Source: an uncultured Planctomycetales bacterium | GTDB taxonomy: Bacteria > Omnitrophota > Gorgyraeia > Zapsychrales > JAHFFX01 | Length of the DNA: 64,000 nucleotides | Assembly: GCA_964464475.1 (NCBI GenBank) | Contig: CAYXGG010000001.1 | Span: 87,174-151,173 of the forward strand | Direction: 5' to 3' | Part shown: positions 8,400-17,313 of the stretch, piece by piece | Position numbering within the stretch: position 1 is the first letter of the stretch | Layout of the letters: every line of letters starts with the position of its first letter | Translations under genes and position numbers: made by a program | Notes under the pieces: generated by a model | Database searches by the model: none | What the model was told of the DNA's origin: nothing | What the model saw: only the letters and a program-made list of their open reading frames with translations

Positions 8400-9692
8400 A
8401 TGGAAGAATTAAGTCAACAGGCCATTTCTCCGTTAAGTTATTTAAAAATATTTTTCAGGAGAAAAGAGTTACTTGTTGTCCCAATTTATGCGGGATTGAT
8501 CTTGGGTATTTGCGCTGGTTTAATACTGCCCAAGAAATACAAGTCGGCTACCATTATTTTGGTTGAAGAGGGAAAAACGGACAATCCCTTATTCGATAAG
8601 CTTGCCGTATCCACGAGTGTCAATCAAAGAATGAGAGCTATTCAGGAATCAATGTTGAGTTGGAATAGCTTGCTCAAGATGGTGAAAGTTTTGAACCTGG
8701 ATAAGGACGTTAAGAATCAGAGGGACTTGGAATTGTTAATTGAAGAGATTCGGGAAAAATTGTCAATAAAAATTAGAGGGCAGAATATTATTAACTTATC
8801 TTATGAAGGCGATGACCCGCGCACAACCCAAGCGGTCGTCAGGACAATTACAGAGATTTTTATTGAGCGAAATATTGGTATCCAAAATCAAGAAACTTCT
8901 GACGCCATTACTTTTATTGAGGCTCAGTTAAAAGTATATAAGAGTAAAATTAAATCTTCCGAAATTGCTCAACTACAGGATCAGCTTGACTCTCTTTTGG
9001 TGGATTCAACTGATTTGCATCCTCGAGTGAAAGAATTACGAGATAAAATTGATTTAAAGAGAAAAGAATTAGAGAAAGAAAAATTGGAATATACGACGGA
9101 TATAGGGTTTAAAGAAGAACCCAATAATCCTGTCATCGAAGAGATCAAAAAAGCCCTCGATAATTTGGAAACCAATACCGTTTCGTTGAATCCTGCCGCG
9201 AGTAAAGAGGGCGGAAAAGACATGTATAAAGTCATGCTGTTAGACAAAATGGAAAATGTCATGGCTCGCGATGCCGATGTGAATACTGCTATTTATAACA
9301 TGTTGTTGCAGCGATTGGAGACGGCAAAAATTACTCAGCGTTTGCAGGCATCCAAAGAGGGTACTAAATACACTATTCTTGACCCGCCTAGAATTCCGGT
9401 TGAACCATTTCAGCCTAACCGGCTGTTGGTTGCTTTTATGGGGCTCTTTTTAGGTGTTGTCGTTGGCGTGGGACTAGTCCTGATCTCGGAATTTTTGGAT
9501 AAATCATTTTTAGACGTTCAAGAAGCCAAGGAGTATTTGGGGACACCTTTACTTGGTGCCATTTCCAAAATTAATACGGTTGAGAGTATTCGTCAGGAAC
9601 GTGAATCTTCGGGATGGTTTGCCAGCTTGACCATTCTTACCGGAATTATTCTGGTTGTGATTACGGTGGTTGTTTCCAAACTCATTCATTAA
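8400..9692 (+). CDS. Polysaccharide chain-length determinant (Wzz/GumC/EpsF-like polysaccharide co-polymerase)
   Basis: Two transmembrane segments (N- and C-terminal) flank a coiled-coil periplasmic domain. The N-terminus (LSYLKIFFRRKELLVVPI) is typical of the family. Confidence 0.75.
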   Translation: MEELSQQAISPLSYLKIFFRRKELLVVPIYAGLILGICAGLILPKKYKSATIILVEEGKTDNPLFDKLAVSTSVNQRMRAIQESMLSWNSLLKMVKVLNLDKDVKNQRDLELLIEEIREKLSIKIRGQNIINLSYEGDDPRTTQAVVRTITEIFIERNIGIQNQETSDAITFIEAQLKVYKSKIKSSEIAQLQDQLDSLLVDSTDLHPRVKELRDKIDLKRKELEKEKLEYTTDIGFKEEPNNPVIEEIKKALDNLETNTVSLNPAASKEGGKDMYKVMLLDKMENVMARDADVNTAIYNMLLQRLETAKITQRLQASKEGTKYTILDPPRIPVEPFQPNRLLVAFMGLFLGVVVGVGLVLISEFLDKSFLDVQEAKEYLGTPLLGAISKINTVESIRQERESSGWFASLTILTGIILVVITVVVSKLIH

Positions 9693-9710
9693 GGCTTACG
9701 GAGAATCGGA

Positions 9711-10604
9711 ATGTATTTGCAATATTATGGTTTTCAGGAACCGCCCTTTAATATAACGCCGAATTCGCGATTCTTTTTCGCGAGTACCAAGCATACGGAA
9801 GCATTGAATACGATGGTGTACGCTATTTCGGAGCGTAAAGGGTTTGTGGTTATTTCCGGGGATATTGGCTCTGGCAAGACAACGGTTTGCCGTACGCTCG
9901 TCAATCAGCTTGATTCTCGAACTCAGGTCGCGCTGATCACCAATACTTTGCTTAGCGGTCGGGATTTATTGACGGCTATTCTCGATGATTTGGAAATTGA
10001 TTATCGACCAGGTTCAAAAGCTAAATTATTGTCACAGCTTAACGATTATCTTATTCAACAGCTAAAAGATGATAATAATGTGGTGCTCATTATTGATGAA
10101 GCTCAGAATTTAACGCCGTCTTGTTTAGAAGAAGTACGATTGCTTTCTAATTTGGAGACGGAAAACGAAAAATTGATTCAAATTATTTTTCTCGGTCAGC
10201 CAGAGTTGAAAAAGAAATTGGCATTGGCGAGGTTAGAGCAGTTAAGGCAACGAATCGCGGTATATTATCACTTAAGTCCGTTAACGATTGAAGAAACCTT
10301 TGACTATATTTTGCATCGTTTAAAGGTGGCTAGTGGTTCAGATCGGAAGTTTTTTACTGACGGAGCGTTGGATCTTATTTACAAATTTTCTAGGGGTGTT
10401 CCCCGCTTAGTTAATCAGATTTGTGACAGTTCTTTGTTGAGTGGTTATGTCGCTGAAGCTACGATAATCGATGAGAAGATTCTACATGAAGTCATCGCGG
10501 AATCTCCTATGACGCTAATTGCTGGAGAGGTCCGAGTGTCTTCCTCTAAAGAGTCTACACCCCCAGCTGCGGAAGATTTAACTAAGCTGTATTTTAAAGG
10601 CTAG
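9711..10604 (+). CDS. AAA ATPase of the ExeA/GspA family (PEP-CTERM-locus secretion-ATPase-like)
   Basis: QEPPFNITPNSRFFF...Walker A GDIGSGKTT...Walker B VLIIDEAQNL. Only the ATPase domain is present; there is no transmembrane or peptidoglycan-binding domain. Confidence 0.75.
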   Translation: MYLQYYGFQEPPFNITPNSRFFFASTKHTEALNTMVYAISERKGFVVISGDIGSGKTTVCRTLVNQLDSRTQVALITNTLLSGRDLLTAILDDLEIDYRPGSKAKLLSQLNDYLIQQLKDDNNVVLIIDEAQNLTPSCLEEVRLLSNLETENEKLIQIIFLGQPELKKKLALARLEQLRQRIAVYYHLSPLTIEETFDYILHRLKVASGSDRKFFTDGALDLIYKFSRGVPRLVNQICDSSLLSGYVAEATIIDEKILHEVIAESPMTLIAGEVRVSSSKESTPPAAEDLTKLYFKG

Positions 10605-10611
10605 AATTTTA

Positions 10612-11376
10612 ATGAGTAAACTGATTAAGGCACAAGATTATTCCACTCGTCCCAACAAGGTTAATACTCCTCAATCACAACCTCGTGAGACGGCGCAGGA
10701 GTCGTTATCGGCTCAGGATCCCAAAACAGTTAATAGTCCGGTCCTGGATCCTGCCGCGTTAGTGATGACCGAATCAGTAGTTAGTCATGCCGCTGATGCG
10801 GTGCCTCAAGGAAATTATTTAGAAGTTGAGGAAAGTCATAAAGTTAAGAGCTTGAACAAAACGGTGATGTTTTTATTTTTCTTAATAGCATTTTTAGCTA
10901 TTTCGTTCGCGTTGATTACTTACCGTATGATGGACGAAGTGACCAAAAGTCGTGAAGCCAACCAGAAGATTGCGCAGTCTGTTGCTTTACTGGAAAATCG
11001 TCATAAAGAATTTCAACAGCGTATTCAGTTATTGTTGACTCAATCTGCTCAAGAATTTGCTGGTCTAAGAGCTCAAACTGAAGATGTGAGCAAAACTGTT
11101 CAGGCCCAGGGAAATAAACTCGTGGATATTTCTTCGGGGCAGGAATCTTTATTGTCTGACATTGTTGAGAATAAACAGCATTTGGCCAATCGGGACTTAA
11201 CGATGCAAGAATTGACTACGCAGCAAGGTGATCTAGCTGGTCGCCTGAAGGTTCTGGAGAAAGCGGCAAATGAACTGCAGAGCAGACTGAGTGAAATTAA
11301 GAGCAACCCTGTATTGACTGATCCCGCGGAGGTCTTAAGAGACGCCGATCAGCTGTTAAATAGCCCTTCGCAATAA
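10612..11376 (+). CDS. Bitopic membrane protein with a long coiled coil (possible ExeB/GspB-like partner)
   Basis: Single transmembrane segment (MFLFFLIAFLAISFALITY) followed by a heptad-rich, glutamine/leucine-rich segment. No catalytic motifs. Confidence 0.4.
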   Translation: MSKLIKAQDYSTRPNKVNTPQSQPRETAQESLSAQDPKTVNSPVLDPAALVMTESVVSHAADAVPQGNYLEVEESHKVKSLNKTVMFLFFLIAFLAISFALITYRMMDEVTKSREANQKIAQSVALLENRHKEFQQRIQLLLTQSAQEFAGLRAQTEDVSKTVQAQGNKLVDISSGQESLLSDIVENKQHLANRDLTMQELTTQQGDLAGRLKVLEKAANELQSRLSEIKSNPVLTDPAEVLRDADQLLNSPSQ

Positions 11377-11406
11377 GATTTTTATTAAGAAAGGATTTCA
11401 ATAGTC

Positions 11407-12192
11407 ATGGGAAAGATAACAAGTGCTTTAAAAAAGGCGGCAGAAGACAGGATTTCACGAATTGATAAAATCGCCAAGATTAAGGAAGACAGTAAGCTGA
11501 TTGTCAAGAAAGTCGGCGATTCTAAAGTCGATAGCCGGATTGTCTCTTATTTTGATCCGAAAGCGTTGATCACTGAGCAATATAAAGTGCTTCGCACCAA
11601 CTTCCTTTCCTTGAATAAAGGACGTCCACCCAAAACATTAATGATAACGAGTTCGTTGCATTCTGAAGGAAAGACTCTGACGGCTTTGAATTTGGCTATT
11701 TGTTTGGCCCAATCTGTTCATAAGCCAAAGGTATTGTTGATTGATGCCGATATGCGTCGTGGAAGAATTTGTAAATATCTTGGGGTGCATCATGAAAAAG
11801 GATTGAGTGATGTATTAAGCGGAAAGATCGCATTAGAAGATGCGTTATTTCATCTTGATTTGGAAAATTTAACGTTGATGGCTTGTGGTGCGGTGCCTCA
11901 TAATCCGGCGGAACTTTTGTCTTCGGATCAAATGCGAGCTTTGCTACAGGAATTGCGGGGCAGATATGATTATGTATTGATTGACGCGCCGCCAGTCGTT
12001 GCCGTGACCGACGCCGGTATCATAAGCGCGATGGTGGAGGGTGTTTTGATGATTATTCAAGCGGGGCGGACTCAACGTGGGATCGTTGATCGGTCGTTAG
12101 AATTGCTGCAGCAAGCGCATGCCAACGTGGTCGGGCATGTTCTTACCAATATCGAGTATCACTTACCAGAGTACATTTACCGGTATTTGTGA
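11407..12192 (+). CDS. BY-kinase (CpsD/CapB/EpsG-type protein tyrosine kinase/ATPase)
   Basis: Walker A SSLHSEGKT, Walker A' LLIDADMRRG, Walker B VLIDAPP, and a C-terminal tyrosine cluster EYHLPEYIYRYL. Confidence 0.8.
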   Translation: MGKITSALKKAAEDRISRIDKIAKIKEDSKLIVKKVGDSKVDSRIVSYFDPKALITEQYKVLRTNFLSLNKGRPPKTLMITSSLHSEGKTLTALNLAICLAQSVHKPKVLLIDADMRRGRICKYLGVHHEKGLSDVLSGKIALEDALFHLDLENLTLMACGAVPHNPAELLSSDQMRALLQELRGRYDYVLIDAPPVVAVTDAGIISAMVEGVLMIIQAGRTQRGIVDRSLELLQQAHANVVGHVLTNIEYHLPEYIYRYL

Positions 12193-12247
12193 TTCTTTAA
12201 CAATAGAGAAAAGTAATAATTAGTTTTTAGAGAAAGGAAAGTTTATT

Positions 12248-13195
12248 ATGGCAAAGTTTTTGATTACAGGTGGTGCTGGTTTTATTGGCTCGAATATTGC
12301 CGAGTTCTTAATCAAAAAAGGACATTACGTTAGAGTTTTGGATAATTTTTGTTCCGGGAAAATGACCAATTTGGCATTTGCCAAAGGATTAGGTAAGAGC
12401 CGTTTTGAATTAATTAGAGGGGACTTGCGCGATAAAAAAGATTGTGATCGCGCGACGAAAGGCATTACGTATATTTCTCATCAAGCCGCACTCCGGTCTG
12501 TCCCTAAATCAATGTCCGATCCGGAAAGTTATAATGACGTCAATATTAACGGCACGCTATATCTATTGCAGGCTGCGTCAAAAAATAAAGTAAAGCGCCT
12601 GGTCATGGCATCCTCTAGTTCGGTTTATGGTGATACGGATCAATTCCCTCAGGAAGAATCACAATATCCGTTACTCATTTCCCCTTACGCTTTAAGCAAA
12701 TTGACTAATGAATACTATTGTCGAATTTTCTCTAAATTCTTTGGGGTCGAAACGGTGTGCTTGCGGTATTTTAATGTCTTTGGCCCTAAACAAGCTTTGG
12801 ACGATGAATATGCTGTGGTTATTCCGAAATTCATTCATTGCATATTGAATGATCAACCGCCACCCATTTTTGGTAACGGTAAGCAGTCCCGGGATTTCAC
12901 CTATATTGATAATGTGGTTCAGGCCAATTATCTTTCGGCAATCACCCCAGGTATTCAACATGAGGTTTTTAATGTTGCCAACGGTAGAGATAACACGGTC
13001 TTAAACTTGGTTGAGGTACTGAATAAGATTATTGGTAAGAAAATTAAGCCTAAGCTTTTGCCGATTCGCAAGGGCGATGTTTTTAAAACACAGGCCGATA
13101 TTAGCAAAATAAAAAAGAGACTCAAGTTTAACCCAAGTGTTAGTTTTGAGGAAGGTTTAAGGAAGACCGTCGCTTATTTTAGAGAAATTTTGTAA
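12248..13195 (+). CDS. NAD-dependent nucleotide-sugar epimerase (UDP-hexose 4-epimerase family)
   Basis: Rossmann motif ITGGAGFIGSN, catalytic YALSK, and an extended SDR fold. Confidence 0.85.
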   Translation: MAKFLITGGAGFIGSNIAEFLIKKGHYVRVLDNFCSGKMTNLAFAKGLGKSRFELIRGDLRDKKDCDRATKGITYISHQAALRSVPKSMSDPESYNDVNINGTLYLLQAASKNKVKRLVMASSSSVYGDTDQFPQEESQYPLLISPYALSKLTNEYYCRIFSKFFGVETVCLRYFNVFGPKQALDDEYAVVIPKFIHCILNDQPPPIFGNGKQSRDFTYIDNVVQANYLSAITPGIQHEVFNVANGRDNTVLNLVEVLNKIIGKKIKPKLLPIRKGDVFKTQADISKIKKRLKFNPSVSFEEGLRKTVAYFREIL

Positions 13196-13209
13196 GCGTA
13201 AAGAATAAA

Positions 13210-13995
13210 ATGATTAAGAACATTAAAGAAATCATACAGTATCGTGATTTGCTGTGGATGCTGATTATTAGGGATATTCGCATAAGGTACAAACAGGCGG
13301 CTATGGGATTCTTATGGGCGATTTTTATGCCCATCGTGGCCATTTCCGCAGGGATCATTATAAAAAAGGCTATGGCGGTTGTGTCCGGGCAGTACTTTGA
13401 TGAGAAAGTCATCGTATCGATTACTTTTAAAGTACTGCCTTGGACCTTTTTTGTCAGTTCAATCAGGTTTGCGGTGCAGAGTTTGGTAGGTAATGGAGTG
13501 CTGCTTACTAAAATTTATTTCCCGAGGGCCGTCTTACCCTTTGCTTCGACGGCAGCTTGTTTTTTCGATCTATGCATGGCCTCGCTGGTCATTCCGGTAC
13601 TTATCCTAATTTTTAAAATAGAGGTATCCTTGGTATTTTTGTGGCTACCGCTAATACTCTTGTTTGTCGTTCTTTTTACTTTGGGGGTCGGTTTAATTCT
13701 TTCTGCGACGAACCTCTTCTATCGTGATGTAAAGTATATTGTCGAAATCATTTTGATGTTCGGGATTTTCTTTACGCCGGTTTTTTATGAAGCACATTCT
13801 ATGGGGAATTTGAAGAACCTGATTTTATTAAATCCGATAGGTGCATTATTGGACTCAATTTATCATGTTACAGGCCTACTACAGGCTCCAGATTTACTGT
13901 GGTTGATGTATGGAGGGGCTACTTCATTGATCGTTTTCTTTTTTGGTTTTTATGTTTTTAGCCGGTTAGAACCTAATTTTGCTGAGAATGTTTGA
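13210..13995 (+). CDS. ABC-2 type polysaccharide exporter permease (Wzm/KpsM-like), pair 1
   Basis: Six predicted transmembrane helices with an ABC-2 signature (RDIRIRYKQAAMGFLWAIFMP), immediately upstream of a Wzt-like ATPase. Confidence 0.8.
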   Translation: MIKNIKEIIQYRDLLWMLIIRDIRIRYKQAAMGFLWAIFMPIVAISAGIIIKKAMAVVSGQYFDEKVIVSITFKVLPWTFFVSSIRFAVQSLVGNGVLLTKIYFPRAVLPFASTAACFFDLCMASLVIPVLILIFKIEVSLVFLWLPLILLFVVLFTLGVGLILSATNLFYRDVKYIVEIILMFGIFFTPVFYEAHSMGNLKNLILLNPIGALLDSIYHVTGLLQAPDLLWLMYGGATSLIVFFFGFYVFSRLEPNFAENV

Positions 13996-14070
13996 TCGTG
14001 GTTTTAGTTTAGCTAAATAAAAGACAGCAAAACTAATTACCAAATAAGTTTGTGGAAAGGCAAAGTCATT

Positions 14071-15321
14071 ATGAGTGAAGCTGTCATTCAGTTCAAAAAT
14101 GTTTGGAAAAAATTTCAAAAGGGAGAAAAGTTTAACTCTATCCGCGACGCGTTTCCTGCTTTCTTAAACAATCTGGTCAAAAAGAGTAACGGACAAACTG
14201 AGTTAAGAAGTAAGGAATTTTGGGCTTTAAAGAATGTTGATTTTGAGATCAAAAGGGGTGAGGTGGTTGGGGTCTTAGGGCCTAACGGAGCCGGAAAAAG
14301 TACAATCTTGAAGCTGTTATCTCGGATCATGTTCCCGAATCAAGGGAAAATCAATATTAAAGGAAGATTAGCCGCATTAATTGAAGTCTCTGCCGGCTTT
14401 CATCCTGATTTGACGGGACGGGAAAATGTTTATTTGAATGGGACTGTCTTAGGGATGAAAACCCGTGAAATTGATAAGAAATTTGAAGAAATAGTGGACT
14501 TTTCGGGAGTGGAAGAATTCATCGATACACCGGTTAAACGCTATTCTTCGGGTATGTATTCCCGATTGGGTTTTGCTGTTGCCGCTTACATGGATCCTGA
14601 GATCTTATTAGTTGATGAGGTTCTTTCAGTGGGAGACAGTTCTTTTCAAGCGAAGTGTGCGGAGAAAATGCGCGAGCTGTTAAACGGGGGCGCAACCATC
14701 CTCTTGGTTTCGCACAACTTACCATTAATTCAAAGTATGTGTAAGCGCGGTATATTGCTATTAAAAGGAGAAGTCGTTAAGGACGGCCCGATTGCGGAAG
14801 TTTTGCCCTATTATGAAACCGTGATTATTAAAAGTCGAGAACGGCAACTTCTGGAAAAACATCAGGAGAATGTTGAGTTAGGGTTAGCTACTGTTAAAGA
14901 AACTGACATGACTATTGAGGAAGTTCGATTGTTGGATCACCTTGGAAACAAGAAAGACATTTTTACTCTGGGTGAGCAAATTCAAATGGAAATTAATATC
15001 TCTTCCAAAAATGTAATCGAACAGCCATTGTTTAAAGTCGAAATATTGCGTTCAGATGGAGTGGTGTGTTGTGCTGCGAATTCTAAAGATGCTCAATTTC
15101 ATGTGCAGTCTGTTCATAAATCATTAAAGATAAAATTAGATTGGGCAAATTTATTTCTGGCACCGGACATTTATCTGATGAAGGTTTCTGTTTGTGATAA
15201 GGAACTCATCCATACCCATGCGACGCGTTGTCAGGACGTTTTGAAATTTCAAGTAGATCGAGAACGGTTAATTACCAATGCGGTCATGATCCCTGATGTC
15301 AAATGGAGCACAATGAGTTAA
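14071..15321 (+). CDS. ABC transporter ATP-binding protein (Wzt/TagH-like) with a C-terminal substrate-binding extension, pair 1
   Basis: Walker A GPNGAGKST, ABC signature YSSGMYSRL, Walker B LLVDEVLSVGD, and an extra C-terminal domain of about 170 aa. Start at ATG 14071. Confidence 0.85.
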   Translation: MSEAVIQFKNVWKKFQKGEKFNSIRDAFPAFLNNLVKKSNGQTELRSKEFWALKNVDFEIKRGEVVGVLGPNGAGKSTILKLLSRIMFPNQGKINIKGRLAALIEVSAGFHPDLTGRENVYLNGTVLGMKTREIDKKFEEIVDFSGVEEFIDTPVKRYSSGMYSRLGFAVAAYMDPEILLVDEVLSVGDSSFQAKCAEKMRELLNGGATILLVSHNLPLIQSMCKRGILLLKGEVVKDGPIAEVLPYYETVIIKSRERQLLEKHQENVELGLATVKETDMTIEEVRLLDHLGNKKDIFTLGEQIQMEINISSKNVIEQPLFKVEILRSDGVVCCAANSKDAQFHVQSVHKSLKIKLDWANLFLAPDIYLMKVSVCDKELIHTHATRCQDVLKFQVDRERLITNAVMIPDVKWSTMS

Positions 15322-15343
15322 TAGTAATTTTAATTCTATCTTT

Positions 15344-15376
15344 AACCGATCCAATCTATTGAGATCGGTTTTTTTG
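15344..15376 (+). terminator. Intrinsic terminator after the first Wzt gene
   Basis: AACCGATC-caatctattga-GATCGGTT followed by TTTTTT. Confidence 0.55.
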
Positions 15377-15387
15377 TAATAAGACTC

Positions 15388-17313
15388 ATGATTGACCCAA
15401 ATAAAAAAATTATAGTGCTGTTTCGCAATGATGATCCCGGCGCGCTAAGCAATCCTGAAAAGGAGAAGCGAATTTTGGGGCTCTTTGCTCAATATAACGT
15501 ACCACAGGTATTGGCGGTTATCCCCAATAATATCGAAAATCCCCATTCTTGGTTGCATGGGAAGACCCATTGGCTAGATGAAAATCCTGAACTTATCAAG
15601 TTGCTTCAGGATCACCAGTCGAGGGGTTTAGTGGAGGTGGCTCAACATGGGTTTACCCATCAGACTAACCGATTCCGCCCAAGTATTCGGGAAGAACTAA
15701 CGAACACTAAGTTTTATGCCGGCATTGATCGAAAGTGGTCAGATTATCAACCAGCGCATCCTGAAGGTTATAGTGAGTTTAGCGGTCTTTCTGAGGAAGA
15801 ACAGCGCCAGAGGATTCAATCCGGCCAGGATTATTTAACTAAACACTTTGGTAAGTTGCAGTCCTTTATCTTTCCCTGGAACACGTTTGATTCAACGTCA
15901 TTGAAGATTCTAGAAGAAATGAATTTTAAATATGTGCCAGGAGAGGAAGATGAGTTAAGTTACCCGGGACTTTGCGTGATTGGCGCGTGCAATTGGGACT
16001 GGCATATTGATGATTTTAAAAAATTGTTAAAGAAATTGGAAAGTCTTTCGGGGCGATATTTAGTTCAATTTGGATACCACTCTTGGGAAATAAATGATGA
16101 GATGATTGCCAAGATCGAAGACCTTTTAAAGTATGTTACTAATAATAGCCATTACGGATGCATCTTGCCAAATCAACTGCCGTCGCTGAAGGTTGACTTC
16201 TCAGAAGTCGCCCAGCTAAGGAGAAAATGGATCGATTGTAATTTGAGCTTAAATTTATTTCTCAAAGATCAATTTGAAATTCCAAAATATTACATCTTGT
16301 CGCCTTCCTGGTATAAGTTGCGCATTCTTAAATGCCAGCTATTTAGTTTTATATTCAAGAAATTAGGTCTGGCTCGATGGTATTTAGGGATGTTAGTCGG
16401 ATTTCTGTTTTTCTTGATATGGTCGATGTTAAGAGTTAAGGCCAATGAGTTTAACTTTATAGATGTTTTTCCGGGGGTCATTCTTATGCTTGGAGTACGC
16501 TTTGCGTACTGGTTAAGCGCCCGAACGCATCAGAAGTTATCGTTGAAAATGGTTATAAAATCAGTTTTAAAAAGATTTTTTTCTGAATCAGCTGGCGTAG
16601 ATATCCCTTCAGTGGAGGCTGTTCAGCCAAACCAAGAAAAGAATAGTGAGTTGAAAATTGGAGTAGGCAAGGTCAACTTTGGGGACTTTAACCGAGTAAC
16701 TCCTATTGGGCTTTATTTTGGGGCTGAAAGGGGAACGCCGATAGACCGTTTGTATATTGAGAAATTTTTGAAAGCTCATTCAGCATGCGTTCGAGGAACG
16801 GTTTTAGAATTAGAAGACAATCAGTATACGCGTATTTTTGGAGGCGCTAATGTTACTCAGAGTGATGTATTGAACCTTGATCCCGGAAATCCGCGGGCCA
16901 ACATCATCGGGGACCTGATTAAAGATAGAAATTTGCTGGGTGAAGGTAAGTACGATTGCATCATTATGACCCAAGCTCTTTTTATGATGTATGAATTGCA
17001 GGCAGCAGTTGCTAACCTGTACCGGAGTTTGAAGCCGGGTGGTGATTTGTTGATTACGGTCCCGGGGATCGCCCAGTGGTTAGATAATGAAGGGGCCAGT
17101 TGGGATGATCTGTGGCGATTTACCAGGGCTTCAGTCAGAAAATTATTGGCGGAGAAATTTCCGGAACAAAATATTTCGGTCACGAGTTACGGAAATATTT
17201 ATGTCGCGGTTTCGCTTTTGCATGGTTTGGCATTGGAAGAATTGGATCCTAAGAAATGTGAATTTCAAGACAATAATTATGAGGTCATCCTTGGGGCTCG
17301 CGCTCAAAAATAA
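15388..17313 (+). CDS. Fusion protein: N-terminal deacetylase-like domain, transmembrane segments, C-terminal class-I SAM-dependent methyltransferase domain
   Basis: N-terminal RNDDPG...HGFTHQ resembles predicted polysaccharide deacetylases. The central region is hydrophobic. The C-terminal CIIMTQALFMMYELQAAVANLYRSLKPGGDLLITVPG matches the methyltransferase fold. Confidence 0.5.
   Translation: MIDPNKKIIVLFRNDDPGALSNPEKEKRILGLFAQYNVPQVLAVIPNNIENPHSWLHGKTHWLDENPELIKLLQDHQSRGLVEVAQHGFTHQTNRFRPSIREELTNTKFYAGIDRKWSDYQPAHPEGYSEFSGLSEEEQRQRIQSGQDYLTKHFGKLQSFIFPWNTFDSTSLKILEEMNFKYVPGEEDELSYPGLCVIGACNWDWHIDDFKKLLKKLESLSGRYLVQFGYHSWEINDEMIAKIEDLLKYVTNNSHYGCILPNQLPSLKVDFSEVAQLRRKWIDCNLSLNLFLKDQFEIPKYYILSPSWYKLRILKCQLFSFIFKKLGLARWYLGMLVGFLFFLIWSMLRVKANEFNFIDVFPGVILMLGVRFAYWLSARTHQKLSLKMVIKSVLKRFFSESAGVDIPSVEAVQPNQEKNSELKIGVGKVNFGDFNRVTPIGLYFGAERGTPIDRLYIEKFLKAHSACVRGTVLELEDNQYTRIFGGANVTQSDVLNLDPGNPRANIIGDLIKDRNLLGEGKYDCIIMTQALFMMYELQAAVANLYRSLKPGGDLLITVPGIAQWLDNEGASWDDLWRFTRASVRKLLAEKFPEQNISVTSYGNIYVAVSLLHGLALEELDPKKCEFQDNNYEVILGARAQK

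Noticed and set aside
17087-17278. Upstream 64-codon extension of the ORF tracked from 17087
   Set aside because: It lies wholly inside the preceding methyltransferase gene in another frame. A proper ATG at 17279 precedes the first transmembrane segment.
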